A stretch of 64,000 bases of DNA from Eledone cirrhosa. Lineage: Eukaryota. The position numbers and the translations under genes are program-made. Every line of letters begins with the position of its first letter. Within the stretch, counting starts at the first letter, position 1. Under the pieces are notes generated by a model. It saw only the letters and a list, made by a program, of their open reading frames with translations. It did not search any database and was not told the origin of the DNA. The stretch spans positions 17,918,001 to 17,982,000 of the forward strand of contig OZ024741.1 of NCBI GenBank assembly GCA_964016885.1, read 5' to 3'. This document shows, one piece after another, positions 24,367 through 38,452 of this stretch.

Positions 24367-24570
24367 CTTGTATGTATGTATGTATGTATGTACTTACGTA
24401 TGTATGTATTTATGTATGTACTTACGTATGTATGTATGTATGTATGTATGTATGTATGTATGTATGTATGTATGTATGTATGTATGTATGTATGTATGTA
24501 TGTACGTACTTACGTATGTATATATGTACGTACTTACGTATGTATATATGTACGTACTTACGTATGTATG

Positions 24571-27484
24571 TTCTTCTGGTTTTATAATTTCACAAAGTTT
24601 TGCCAATAGAGAGAGAGTCGGTTTCTAACATAGACACAAGACTGTCTCATTGGAATTAACACATCATCAACTAGGTAGATATGTCTGCATGCATGTGTAG
24701 ATATGGATGTTATTGGATGTGTGGATGTGTATGATTTGAGTTGTATGTGTGCATGTGTATATGCTTTGTATCTGTACATTTTTGGAATGTTTTACATATT
24801 TTTACTGTTCCATTAATGGATTGTACTTGTAATTTCCTCACTAGTTGTGTTCTTTCTGTTCCTGTGAAGCCTAGCTTCTCAAGATTTGTATTGAGGTAGT
24901 TACTAACATATTCCAGTGCCCCAATAATCACAGGCATAAATCTGAAGGTGTAATCAGAGCGGAGTATCTGCAGATTTCTCATCAGTTCTGCATAAATATT
25001 CTCCTTTTCACTAATCTTTGATATTATATTGGCATCTGCTGGGCAGCTAATTTCCACTACTGTGCATGTTTTCTTCTCCCTGTCCCATATCATAATATCT
25101 GGTCTGTTATGCCTGAATTTTATTGGGGTTTTTACTGGAACATTCCACCAGTACTCTTTCATATTATGTACATGGATGTCTTCCACATTGTTGTAGCTTT
25201 TAATGTGTTTATTATCGGGGCTATCTTTTTTACGAACTACATTGTACAGTGTTTTGGCCACTACATCATGCCTCATAGGTAGATAGAACCGCGATGACAT
25301 CTTTGGACAGCTGCTGATGACATGGGTGATATGCTCGATGTTAGTTCTGCAGAGTCTGCACTTGTTATCACATCTAGGTGTTTTGCCTGCATCCCTATCT
25401 CTTTTGTGAATCAGGTATTTCGTGTTAATCTCCTGTTCCTGGATTGCAAAAGCGTATCCTTCAAAGTGGGAGCCAATATAGCGGTTGTTGGTCCAAGATA
25501 GACTACTTTCCTTATCTATATTACTCTCACTCTGGAGCTTCCTGACAACATATCCATGCATGATTTTTTGCTGATAGGCATGCAATTTTTCATCCATGGA
25601 TTCACTGCGATACTACTGAGCGACATCCCTGGGTGTGAGTTTTTGATTATCACAGGGAATATCTCTCAAGGAGTTCCTTCCCAACTCTCATGATCTTATC
25701 TGTTTCATGCAAATAGACTTGCTCGAGAAACGGGCTTTTACGCTTCGAGGTTCGTAGATGTTGTCGGAGAGATATGATGCGACATTCAAATGTTGTCTGG
25801 ACTGATGTTAGGCCTCTGCCTCCCTGTTTACGTTTCAAGTAAAGGCGGTCTATGTCACTGTTGATGTAGAAATTTCCGGTGTTGTTCAGTATTTTTCGAG
25901 TTCCAACATCAACTGCTCGGATTTCGTCTATCGTCCAATTGAGTATTCCAAACGTTGGTGTTAGGACAGGCACAGCAAACACATTGTGAGCCACTGTTTT
26001 GTTTAGCGCAGAGAGTTCCGATGACCAGATCTTTCTTAATCGCGTGTAGTATTCCCTGGTTACGCGTTCTTTATTACAGATACCATTATAGGATATGTTC
26101 TCATCTATCCCCAGGTATCTGTAGTAGTCCTCATCAGATATCGGTGAAACAGTTAGACCATTGATGACAATGTTGCTAGATTGGGTTGTTGTTTTTCCCC
26201 GCTTTACAGTCATGTTTGAGCATTTATCTGGCCAAACTCCATCCCTATATTCTTTGAGAACGTTGTAACCCGGTCAAGATTTTTCGTCATCCCATCTATG
26301 TTCTTGGCATATAGTTTCAGATCGTCCACAAAGAAATTATGGGTTAGGTTCGTATTTCTGTCCTCCTGTGATCCAATGATGTATCCCTCACATTTCTTGA
26401 GCAGAAAGGACAAGGGGTTTAATGACAAGATGAACAATATCACAGAGAGACTGTCCCCCTGAAATATACCCCTGCAATATTTTATTTTATCAGTGAAAAT
26501 AGAGTCCTCCCTCTCTGTCTTTAACCTTAGGATAGTAGCCCAAAAAGAAGACAGCCTCTCTATGGCTCTGACAATAATGTCTGGGACTTTAGCAAGTTGG
26601 AGGGCCTCTATCATCCAAGCGTGGGGAACAGAATCGAAAGCTTTCTTGTAGTCCAGCAAGACTGTAGTCATATTCCTCCTAAGTTGTCGCACCTCTGATA
26701 TCGCAGTTTTGTTGATTAGGAGTTGTTCAGCTCATCCCCAAACCCCTTTCTTTCCAGCTGCTTGTTCATCTGTGAGGACGTTATTATTTTCACAGTGATC
26801 TTGGAGGAATAGGTTCAGGCAGGCTGTATACATCTTATACATCAGGTTCTGGCATGCAATGGGTCGGTAGTTTTTTGCCAAGTGGGTTTCTTTGTTCTTG
26901 GGGACCAATAAGGTTTGTGCTAATGTCAACCATTCTGGTATAAGTGTATCTCCCTTAAGAACTTATTGGTAGAAGTCAGTAAGATACCTCCGATAGAATA
27001 TTAGTTTTTTTGTACCAGTAGCCGACAATCATGTCTCTTCCTGGTGTTTTCTTACCTTGGAGTTTTCCTATCACAGTCTCAAGGGTACCCTCACTTATTT
27101 CGTATGTTTTTGTTGTAGTGTAGGAGCAATAGTTCTTTCGGATTTCTCTTAGCCACACTGCATCTTGGGTGAAATTCTTCTTTTCATCCCATATTTTTCT
27201 CCAAAAGGAATCTGTCTTTCTGGGATGGGGCCTCAATGACACTTATTATTTTGCCCTTCATATCTCTATAGACTGATGTTTGGTTTCGTCTGAATCTTTT
27301 ATTAAGCACTTTTCTCTCATCTACCTTCTTCAGGTATCGGCGTTTTTCGCTAACAGCTCTCAATTCTTGTTTGATGTTTTTGTTCTTGAATTGGTGTTTT
27401 GTTCTTGTTAATATCTCTGCTATCAGCAAGATAATGCTTCACTGTCGTTGCTCTGGCATCTAAACAGGCGTTATTAGATGCAAT
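24571..27484 (-). mobile_element. R4/Dong-clade non-LTR retrotransposon (RT, CCHC, restriction-like endonuclease), 5'-truncated, multiply frameshifted
   Basis: NYRPIAC, LDYKKAFDSVPH, GIFQGDSLS, FVDD, GGRGL, CRLC..H..SSC, RHD, RPD..VE. The same (TATG/TACG/TACT) microsatellite lies on both sides. Confidence 0.9.
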
Positions 27485-28015
27485 ATGTATGTATGTACTT
27501 ACGTATGTTTGTATGTATGTATTTACGTATGTATGTATGTACGTACTTACGTATGTATGTACGTACTTACGTATGTATGTATGTAGGTACTTAAGTATGT
27601 ATGTATGTACGTACTTACGTATGTATGTACGTACTTACGTATATATATATGTACGTACTTACGTATGTATGTATGTACTTACGTATGTAAGTATGTACGT
27701 ACTTACGGATGTATGTATGTACTTACGTATGTAAGTATGTACGTACTTACGGATGTATGTATGTACGTACTTACGTATGTATGTATGTACGTACTTACAT
27801 ATGTATGTATGTACGTACTTACGTATGTATGTACGTACTTACATATGTATGTATGTACGTACTTACGTATGTATGTACGTACTTACATATGTATGTATGT
27901 ACGTACTTACGTATGTATGTACGTACTTACATATGTATGTATGTACGTACTTACGTATGTATGTACGTACTTACATATGTATGTATGTACGTTCTTACGT
28001 ATGTATGTACGTATA
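27485..28015. repeat. Compound (TATG/TACG/TACT)n microsatellite
   Basis: Directly visible; its counterpart is at 24370-24570. Confidence 0.95.
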
Positions 28016-28377
28016 TGCAGGTAAATATATATTAACATACCCTTAGACAACCAGAACAATGAAAACAACAACAACCAGACTTAATTATTCTCTAAGCTGA
28101 CACACAGACAATGACGGAAACTCACGCCAGAGAGAGGGAGGGAGGGAGAGAGAGAGGCAGAGACAGAGAGGGTGAGGGAGAGGAGAGGGGGGTGGGGTGA
28201 AAGACGTGGAACCAGTGATAAGATCTATGAAATAAATAAAAGGGGTGTTTATCAATAGTTGTGGGTTATTGAAAGTTGAGTAGGGACCAGTAAGATTAAT
28301 AACATAGACAGGGTGGACAGTTTCACATAGACACAGAGAGGGACCCTGCGCCCCTCTCTAACCTGTCTTTGTTGTAG

Positions 28378-28409
28378 GGACTTTGCAATGGGATCGTCAG
28401 ATATGTCTG
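28378..28409 (+). other. Candidate 32-nt host micro-exon
   Basis: Upstream CTAAC branch point, ctgtctttgttgtAG acceptor, TG|GTATGT donor; lies in non-repetitive-looking sequence. Confidence 0.3.
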
Positions 28410-28626
28410 GTATGTTTAGGGATCATTTCAGAAAGGGTTAGGGTTAGGTTTGGGTTGCAGGAATATGTCGAAAGGATGGTGATAAAATTGATAATGTTGT
28501 TGGTGGTGGGGAATAAAAAACCACATACAATATACATGCATACATAATTATATACAGACACACTTACCCTCATGTATATATATATTATATATTTATTTAT
28601 ATATATACACACACAAACACACACAT

Positions 28627-28667
<41 letters not shown>

Positions 28668-28723
28668 ACATAAATACACATACGTATATACAAATAACTA
28701 TTCATATACATACATACATGCAT

Positions 28724-28769
<46 letters not shown>

Positions 28770-29104
28770 GCATACATACTTACATCCATACATACATGCA
28801 TACATACGTACGTACGTACATACATATTTACATACATACATACGTACACACATACATACATACATACATACATACATACATACATACATACATACATACA
28901 TACATACATACATACATACATACATACATACATACATACATCTTATTTAGTTTCTATTGCTTCCTACGGAGAATTGGGCAGCGAAACATCTCCATTCCGT
29001 TCGGTTGCACATCCCTGCTTCCAAATCAGGACCATGCCTGCAAGGTTCCTTCATATATCTCAACAAGATCTTGAGAGGTGTACCTTGCCTTCTCCAAGAC
29101 CCCT

Positions 29105-29435
29105 CTACAAAATATATTTTAACCCACCTGGAACAAAGTATGACTGAACTAGGAGCCTTAGAAGAAGACAGCAGGTCCTGAATTCAAAAGCTTTAAATGG
29201 CAATATTTACGATTCAAATGATGAGCAATTGCATAAACGATAACGAAAATGTCCTCCTATCTGCTACAACCTTTCCAGTGGGAAAGATGGCCAGACAAAA
29301 ATAAACTGAAACTTATGAGAAATGGGCTAACATACACCCATATATAGCAGAAATAATGAGGAACCAGCAGATATCCCACTCTGAATTTACCTTTAGATAT
29401 TTACCAGTGATCACTGGGTCTTTTATATATGTCCG
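29105..29435 (+). pseudogene. Degenerate, scrambled R4/Dong C-terminal fragments
   Basis: HLEQSMTELG and AEIMRNQQI..FTFRYLPVITGS resemble the Dong C-termini at 24.2-25 kb. Confidence 0.55.
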
Positions 29436-29661
29436 CCAGGGTCGCCGGGTGACCGGCACGTGGGCCCTTATTTTCTTATATTAGTAAGAGATGGGGAGAT
29501 GGGGAGAGACGGAGGCAGTGAGAGTGGGAGTTTGGTTCCTTTGTGTTAGGAGTTGGTTTACATGTATATATTTATTTAGTGCACCACATGTTACATCATG
29601 ACGACAATCGATAATATAATGGTTCTTATATAGGCACGAGGCCAGCTATTTTGGGGGAGGG

Positions 29662-29790
29662 GAAGTGGTTAGAGCATTGGGCTTGCAATCGAAAGGTTGT
29701 GAGTTCAATTCTCGGACTGGGTGATGTGTTGTTTCCTTGAGCAAGACACTTTATTTCACGTTGCTCCAGTTTACTCAGCTGTAGAAATGT
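29662..29790 (+). mobile_element. tRNA-derived SINE with CORE-like segment
   Basis: AGTGGTTAGAGC, B-box GAGTTCAATTC, and TCCTTGAGCAAGACACTT. Confidence 0.75.
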
Positions 29791-29907
29791 GATGATAGGA
29801 CTAGGGTCCCAATCATTAAATAACCCAAGACACTTCCAACGAGATATACCTTGGAGGAGGCCAGCTAAACCTGCATAGGTGTGAGCTGTCAAAACAACAA
29901 CAATACG

Positions 29908-30055
29908 TTACTGGTACTTTATTTTATCGACCCCGTAAGGATGAAAGGCAAAGTTAACCTCGGCGGAATTTGAACTCAAACAATAAAGGGTATAACTCTA
30001 TGCTATAAAAGCATGGCGTCCGGCCCTCTACCGATACTGTCAATCCACAACCCTA
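29908..30055 (-). mobile_element. Meta-domain-like tRNA SINE
   Basis: Same family as 7896-8028 and 37975-38165. Confidence 0.75.
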
Positions 30056-30321
30056 GCATGGCGTCCGGCCCTCTACCGATACTGCCAATCCACCACCCTA
30101 ACATGGCGTCCGGCCCTCTACCGATACTGCCAATCCACCACCCTAACATGGAGTCCGACCGTCTACCGATACTGCCAATCCACCACACTAACATGGCGTC
30201 CGGCCCTCTACCGATACTGCCAATCCACCACCCTAGCATGGCGTCCGACCCTCTACCGATACTGCCAATCCACCACCCTAGCATGGCGTCCGACCCTCTA
30301 CCGATACTGCCAATCCACCAA
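30010..30321. repeat. 45-bp minisatellite x7 derived from the SINE head
   Basis: Unit GCATGGCGTCCGGCCCTCTACCGATACTGCCAATCCACCACCCTA; single copies at ~10737-10774 and ~38125-38165. Confidence 0.92.
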
Positions 30322-30424
30322 TAAGAGTATTACACCTATGTAAAACCAGAAAACAAATATTTTTAATTAATATCTTAAGTATGTAACTAACTACTTCAAC
30401 AGAAATCAGAAGTTGAGCTTCAGA

Positions 30425-33400
30425 GAAGTAGAAGAATAATAGGAAATTATCTGTAGAGTCTATTAATGGAAATATATATGTGAAAGAGAAGAATAATAGG
30501 AAATTATCTGTAGAGTCTATTAATGGAACTATATATAAGAAACAGAAGAATAATAGGAAATTATCTGTAGAGTCTATTAATGGAACTATATATAAGAAAC
30601 AGAAGAATGATAGGAAATTATCTGTAGAGTCTATTAATGGAACTATATATAAGAAACAGAAGAATAATAGGAAATTATCTGTAGAGTCTATTCATGGAAC
30701 TATGTATGTGAAACAGAAGAATAATAGGAAATTATCTGTAGAGTTTATTAGTAGAACTATATATAAGAAACAGAAGAATAATAGGAAATTATCTGTAGAG
30801 TCGATTAATGGAACTATATATAAGAAACAGAAGAATAATAGGAAATTATCTGTAGAGTCTATTCATGGAACTATATATGTGAAACAGAAGAATAATAGGA
30901 AATTATCTGTAGAGTCTATTAATGGAACTATATATAAGAAACAAAAGAATAATAGGAAATTATCTGTAGAGTCTATTAATAGAACTATATATAAGAAACA
31001 GAAGAATAATAGGAAATTATCTGTAGAGTCTATTAATGGAACTATATATAAGAAACAGAAGAATAATAGGAAATTATCTGTAGAGTCTATTAATGGAACT
31101 ATATATAAGAAACAGAAGAATAATAGGAAATTATCTGTAGAGTCTATTCATGGAACTATATATGTGAAACAGAAGAATAATAGGAAATTATCTGTAGAGT
31201 CTATTAATGGAACTATATATAAGAAACAAAAGAATAATAGGAAATTATCTGTAGAGTCTATTAATGGAACTATATATGTGAAAGAGAAGAATAATAGGAA
31301 ATTATCTGTAGAGTCTATTAATGGAACTATATATAAGAAACAGAAGAATAATAGGAAATTATCTGTAGAGTCTATTAATGGAACTATATATAAGAAACAA
31401 AAGAATAATAGGAAATTATCTGTAGAGTCTATTAATGGAACTATATATGTGAAACAGAAGAATAATAGGAAATTATCTGTAGAGTCTATTAATGGAACTA
31501 TATATAAGAAACAGAAGAATAATAGAAAATGATCTGTAGAGTCTATTAATGGAACTATATATGTGAAACAGAAGAATAATAGAAAATTATCTGTAGAGTC
31601 TATTAATGGAACTATATATGTGAAACAGAAGAATAATAGGAAATTATGTGTAGAGTCTATTAATGGAACTATATATGTGAAACAGAAGAATAATAGGAAA
31701 TTATCTGTAGAGTCTATTAATGGAACTATATATGTGAAACAGAAGAATAATAGGAAATTATCTGTAGAGTCTATTAATGGAACTATATATAAGAAACAGA
31801 AGAATAATAGGAAATTATCTGTAGAGTCTATTAATGGAACTATATATGTGAAACAGAAGAATAATAGGAAATTATCTTTAGAGTCTATTAATGGAATTAT
31901 AAATGTGAAACAGAAGAATAATAGGAAATTATCTGTAGAGTCTATTAATGGAACAATATATAAGAAACAAAAGAATAATAGGAAATTATCTGTAGAGTCT
32001 ATTAATGGAACTATATATGTGAAACAGAAGAATAATAGGAAATTATCTGTAGAGTCTATTAATGGAACTATATATGTGAAACAGAAGAATAATAGGAAAT
32101 TATCTGTAGAGTCTATTAATGGAACTATATATAAGAAACAGAAGAATAATAGGAAATTATTTGTAGAGTCTATTAATGGAACTATATATGTGAAACAGAA
32201 GAATAATAGGAAATTATCTGTAGAGTCTATTAATGGAATTATAAATGTGAAACAGAAGAATAATAGGAAATTATCTGTAGAGTCTATTAATGGAACAATA
32301 TATAAGAAACAAAAGAATAATAGGACATTATCTGTAGAGTCTATTAATGGAACTATATATGTGAAACAGAAGAATAATAGGAAATTATCTGTAGAGTCTA
32401 TTAATGGAACTATATATAAGAAACAGAAGAATAATAGGAAATTATCTGTAGAGTCTATTAATGGAACAATATATAAGAAACAAAAGAATAATAGGAAATT
32501 ATCTGTAGAGTCTATTAATGGAACTATATATGTGAAACAGAAGAATAATAGGAAATTATCTGTAGAGTCTATTAATGGAACTATATATGTGAAACAGAAG
32601 AATAATAGGAAATTATCTGTAGAGTCTATTAATAGAACTATATATAAGAAACAGAAGAATAATAGGAAATTATCTGTAGAGTCTATTAATGGAACTATAT
32701 ATAAGAAACAGAAGAATAATAGGAAATTATCTGTAGAGTCTATTAATGGAACTATATATGTGAAACAGAAGAATAATAGGAAATTATCTGTAGAGTCTAT
32801 TAATGGAACTATATATAAGAAACAGAAGAATAATAGGAAATTATTTGTAGAGTCTATTAATGGAACTATATATAAGAAACAGAAGAATAATAGGAAATTA
32901 TCTGTAGAGTCTATTAATGGAACTATATATGTGAAATAGAAGATTAATAGGAAATTATCTGTAGAGTCTATTAATGGAACTATATATAAGAAACAGAAGA
33001 ATAATAGGAAATTAGTTGTAGAGTCTATTAATGGAACTATATATAAGAAACAGAAGAATAATAGGAAATTATCTGTAGAGTCTATTAATGGAATTATAAA
33101 TGTGAAACAGAAGAATAATAGGAAATTATCTGTAGAGTCTATTAATGGAACAATATATAAGAAACAAAAGAATAATAGGAAATTATCTGTAGAGTCTATT
33201 AATGGAACTATATATGTGAAACAGAAGAATAATAGGAAATTATCTGTAGAGTCTATTAATGGAACTATATATGTGAAACAGAAGAATAATAGGAAATTAT
33301 CTGTAGAGTCTATTAATGGAACTATATATAAGAAACAGAAGAATAATAGGAAATTATTTGTAGAGTCTATTAATGGAACTATATATGTGAAACAGAAGAA

Positions 33401-36400
33401 TAATAGGAAATTATCTGTAGAGTCTATTAATGGAATTATAAATGTGAAACAGAAGAATAATAGGAAATTATCTGTAGAGTCTATTAATGGAACAATATAT
33501 AAGAAACAAAAGAATAATAGGACATTATCTGTAGAGTCTATTAATGGAACTATATATGTGAAACAGAAGAATAATAGGAAATTATCTGTAGAGTCTATTA
33601 ATGGAACTATATATAAGAAACAGAAGAATAATAGGAAATTATCTGTAGAGTCTATTAATGGAACAATATATAAGAAACAAAAGAATAATAGGAAATTATC
33701 TGTAGAGTCTATTAATGGAACTATATATGTGAAACAGAAGAATAATAGGAAATTATCTGTAGAGTCTATTAATGGAACTATATATGTGAAACAGAAGAAT
33801 AATAGGAAATTATCTGTAGAGTCTATTAATAGAACTATATATAAGAAACAGAAGAATAATAGGAAATTATCTGTAGAGTCTATTAATGGAACTATATATA
33901 AGAAACAGAAGAATAATAGGAAATTATCTGTAGAGTCTATTAATGGAACTATATATGTGAAACAGAAGAATAATAGGAAATTATCTGTAGAGTCTATTAA
34001 TGGAACTATATATAAGAAACAGAAGAATAATAGGAAATTATTTGTAGAGTCTATTAATGGAACTATATATAAGAAACAGAAGAATAATAGGAAATTATCT
34101 GTAGAGTCTATTAATGGAACTATATATGTGAAATAGAAGATTAATAGGAAATTATCTGTAGAGTCTATTAATGGAACTATATATAAGAAACAGAAGAATA
34201 ATAGGAAATTAGTTGTAGAGTCTATTAATGGAACTATATATAAGAAACAGAAGAATAATAGGAAATTATCTGTAGAGTCTATTAATGGAACTATATATGT
34301 TTAAACAGAAGAATAATAGGAAATTATCTGTAGAGTCTATTAATGGAACAATATATAAGAAACAAAAGAATAATAGGAAATTATCTGTAGAGTCTATTAA
34401 TGGAACTATATATGTGAAACAGAAGAATAATAGGAAATTATCTGTAGAGTCTATTAATGGAACTATATATGTGAAACAGAAGAATAATAGGAAATTATCT
34501 GTAGAGTCTATTAATGGAACTACATATAAGAAACAGAAGAATAATAGGAAATTATCTGTAGAGTCTATTAATGGTACTATATATAAGAAACAGAAGAATA
34601 ATAGGAAATGATCTGTAGATTCTATTAATGGAACTATATATGTGAAACAGAAGAATAATAGGAAATTATCTGTAGAGTCTATTAATGGAACTATATATGT
34701 GAAACAGAAGAATAATAGGAAATTATCTGTATAGTCTATTAATGGAACTATATATAAGCAACAAAAGAATAATAGGAAATTATCTGTAGAGTCTATTAAT
34801 GGAACTATATATAAGAAACAGAAGAATAATAGGAAATTATCTGTAGAGTCTATTAATGGAACTATATATGTGAAACAGAAGAATAATAGGAAATTATCTG
34901 TAGAGTCTATTAATGGAACTATATATATGATACTGAAGAATAATAGGAAATTATCTGTAGAGTCTATTAATGGAACTATATATGTGAAACAGAAGAATAA
35001 TAGGAAATTATATGTAGAGTCTATTACTGGAACTATAAATGTGAAACAGAAGTATAATAGGAAATTATCTGTAGAGTCTATTAATGGAACTATAAATGTG
35101 AAACAGAAGAATAATAGAAAATTATCTGTAAAGTCGATTAATGGAACTATATATGTGAAACAGAAGAATAATAGGAAATTATCTGTAGAGTCTATTAATG
35201 GAACTATATATAAGAAACAGAAGAATAATAAGAAATTATCTGTAGAGTCTATTAATGGAACTACATATGTGAAACAGAAGAATAATAGGAAATTATCTGT
35301 AGAGTCTATTAATGGAACTATTTATAAGAAACAGAAGAATAATAGGAAATTATCTGTAGAGTCTATTAATGGAACTATATATAAGAAACAGAAGAATAAT
35401 AGGAAATGATCTGTAGATTCTGTTAATGGAACTATATATGTGAAACCGAAGAATAATAGGAAATTATCTATAGAGTCTATTAATGGAACTATATATAAGA
35501 AAGAGAAGAATAATAGGAAATTATCTGTAGAGTCTATTAATGGAACTATATATAAGAAACAGAAGAATAATAGGAAATTATCTGTAGAGTCTATTAATGG
35601 AACTACATATAAGAAACAGAAGAATAATAGGAAATTATCTGTAGAGTCTATTAATGGAACTATATATAAGAAACAGAAGAATAATAGGAAATGATCTGTA
35701 GATTCTATTAATGGAACTATATATGTGAAACAGAAGAATAATAGGAAATTATCTGTAGAGTCTATTAATGGAACTATATATAAGAAACAGAAGAATAATA
35801 GGAAATTATCTGTAGAGTCTATTAATGGAACTATATATGTGAAACAGAAGAATAATAGGAAATTATCTGTATAGTCTATTAATGGAACTATATATAAGAA
35901 ACAGTAGAATAATAGGAAATTATCTGTAGAGTCTATTAATGTAACTATATATAAGAAACAAAAGAATAATAGGAAATTATCTGTAGAGTCTATTAATGGA
36001 ACTATATATAAGAAACAGTAGAATAATAGGAAATTATCTGTAGAGTCTATTAATGTAACTATATATAAGAAACAAAAGAATAATAGGAAATTACCTGTAG
36101 AGTCTATTAATGGAACTATATATAAGAAACAAAAGAATAATAGGAAATTATCTGTAGAGTCTATTAATGGAACTATATATAAGAAACAGTAGAATAATAG
36201 GAAATTATCTGTAGAGTCTATTAATATAACTATATATAAGAATCAAAAGAATAATAGGAAATTATCTGTAGAGTCTATTAATGGAACTATATATAAGAAA
36301 CAGAAGAATAATAGGAAATTATGTGTAGAGTCTATTAATGGAACTATATATGTGAAACAAAAGAATAATAGAAAATTATCTGTAGAGTCTATTAATGGAA

Positions 36401-37953
36401 CTATATATGTGAAACAGAAGAATAATAGAAAATTATCTGTAGAGTCTATTAATGGAACTATATATGTGAAACAGAAGAATATTAGGAAATTATCTGTAGA
36501 GTCTATTAATGGAACTATATATGTGAAACAGAAGAATTATAGGAAATTATCTGTAGAGTCTATTAATGGAACTATATACATGAAACAGAAGAATAATAGA
36601 AAATTATCTGTAGTGTCTATTAATGGAACTATATATAAGAAACAGAAGAATAATAGGAAATTATCTGTAGAGTCTATTAATGGAACTATACATAAGAAAC
36701 AGAAGAATAATAGGAAATTATCTGTAGAGTCTATTAATGGAACTATATATGTGAAACAGAAGAATAATAGGAAATTATCTGTAGAGTCTATTAATGGAAC
36801 TATATATGTGAAACAGAAGAATAATAGGAAATTATCTGTAGAGTCTATTAATGGAACTACATATAAGAAACAGAAGAATAATAGGAAATTATCTGTAGAG
36901 TCTATTAATGGAACTATATATAAGAAACAGAAGAATAATAGGAAATGATCTGTAGATTCTATTAATGGAACTATATATGTGAAACAGAAGAATAATAGGA
37001 AATTATCTATAGAGTCTATTAATGGAACTATATATAAGAAACAGAAGAATAATAGGAAATTATCTGTAGAGTCTATTACTGGAACTATATATGTGAAACA
37101 GAAGAATAATAGGAAATTTCTGTAGAGTCTATTAATGGAACTATATATGTGAAACAGAAGAATAATAGGAAATTATCTGTAGAGTCTATTAATGGAACTA
37201 TATATAAGAAACAGAAGAATAATAGGAAATTATCTGTAGAGTCTATTAATGGAACTATATATAAGAAACAGAAGAATAATAGGAAATTATCTGTAGAGTC
37301 TATTAATGGAACTATATATGTGAAATAGAAGAATAATAGGAAATTATCTGTAGAGTCTATTAATGGAACTATATATAAGAAAGAGAAGAATAATAGGAAA
37401 TTATCTGTAAAGTCTATTAATGGAACTATATATGTGAAACAGAAGAATAATAGGAAATTATCTGTAGAGTCTATTAATGGAACTATATATGTGAAATAGA
37501 AGAATAATAGGAAATTATCTGTAGAGTCTATTAATGGAACTATATATAAGAAAGAGAAGAATAATAGGAAATTATCTGTAAAGTCTATTAATGGAACTAT
37601 ATATGTGAAACAGAAGAATAATAGGAAATTATCTGTATAGTCTATTAATGGAACTATATATGTGAAACAGAAGAATAATAGGAAATTATCTGTATAGTCT
37701 ATTAATGGAACTATATATGTGAAACAGAAGAATAATAGGAAATTATCTGTAGAGTCTATTAATGGAACTATATATGTGAAACAGAAGAATAATAGGAAAT
37801 TATCTGTAGAGTCTATTAATGGAACTATATATGTGAAACAGAAGAATATTAGGAAATTATCTGTAGAGTCTATTAATGGAACTATATATAAGAAACAGAA
37901 GAATAATAGGAAATTATCTGTAGAGTCTATTAATGGAACTATAAATGTGAAAC
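30425..37953. repeat. 57-bp AT-rich satellite, about 132 units
   Basis: Unit AAACAGAAGAATAATAGGAAATTATCTGTAGAGTCTATTAATGGAACTATATAT(AAG/GTG). Confidence 0.98.
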
Positions 37954-37974
37954 ATTCCAGAAGTTTAGCAGTTA

Positions 37975-38165
37975 ATAATTGTTTCTACTTTTAGCACAAA
38001 GCCAGCAATTATCCCAGTGTATTACTGGTACTTTATTCTATCGACCTCGTAAGCATTAAAGGCAAATTTAACCTTGGCTGTATTTGAACTCAGATCATAA
38101 AGGGCCATAACTCTATGCTGCAAAGCATGGCGTCCGATCCTCTACCGATATTGCCAATCTACCAC
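37975..38165 (-). mobile_element. Meta-domain-like tRNA SINE
   Basis: Homologous to 7896-8028, with a head matching the 45-bp unit. Confidence 0.75.
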
Positions 38166-38452
38166 AGTTAATACAGATACGTACATATAGATATAGAAAC
38201 GTATCTATCTCGTATATATCTCAACAGATACAGATACCTCCATACAAGCTCATCCATTCATTCATAAACGCACACACACACACATACACATACATACACA
38301 CACACACATACATACACATACACACACATACGCACATACACACACATTGAGACTGACATACATAATTATCTAGCGGATGTCTAAATTCCAGTGAGAGAGG
38401 TTTGTTTATGTGTGTATGAATATATACACACATATATACATATATACATATA

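Noticed and set aside
28434-28455. Interstitial telomeric TTAGGG
   Set aside because: Only two to three imperfect units.
30480-37994. KQKNNRKLSVESINGTIY repeat protein, or a CRISPR-like array
   Set aside because: The 57-bp unit is a multiple of 3, with scattered stops and indels. There are no unique spacers and no cas genes, and the context is eukaryotic.
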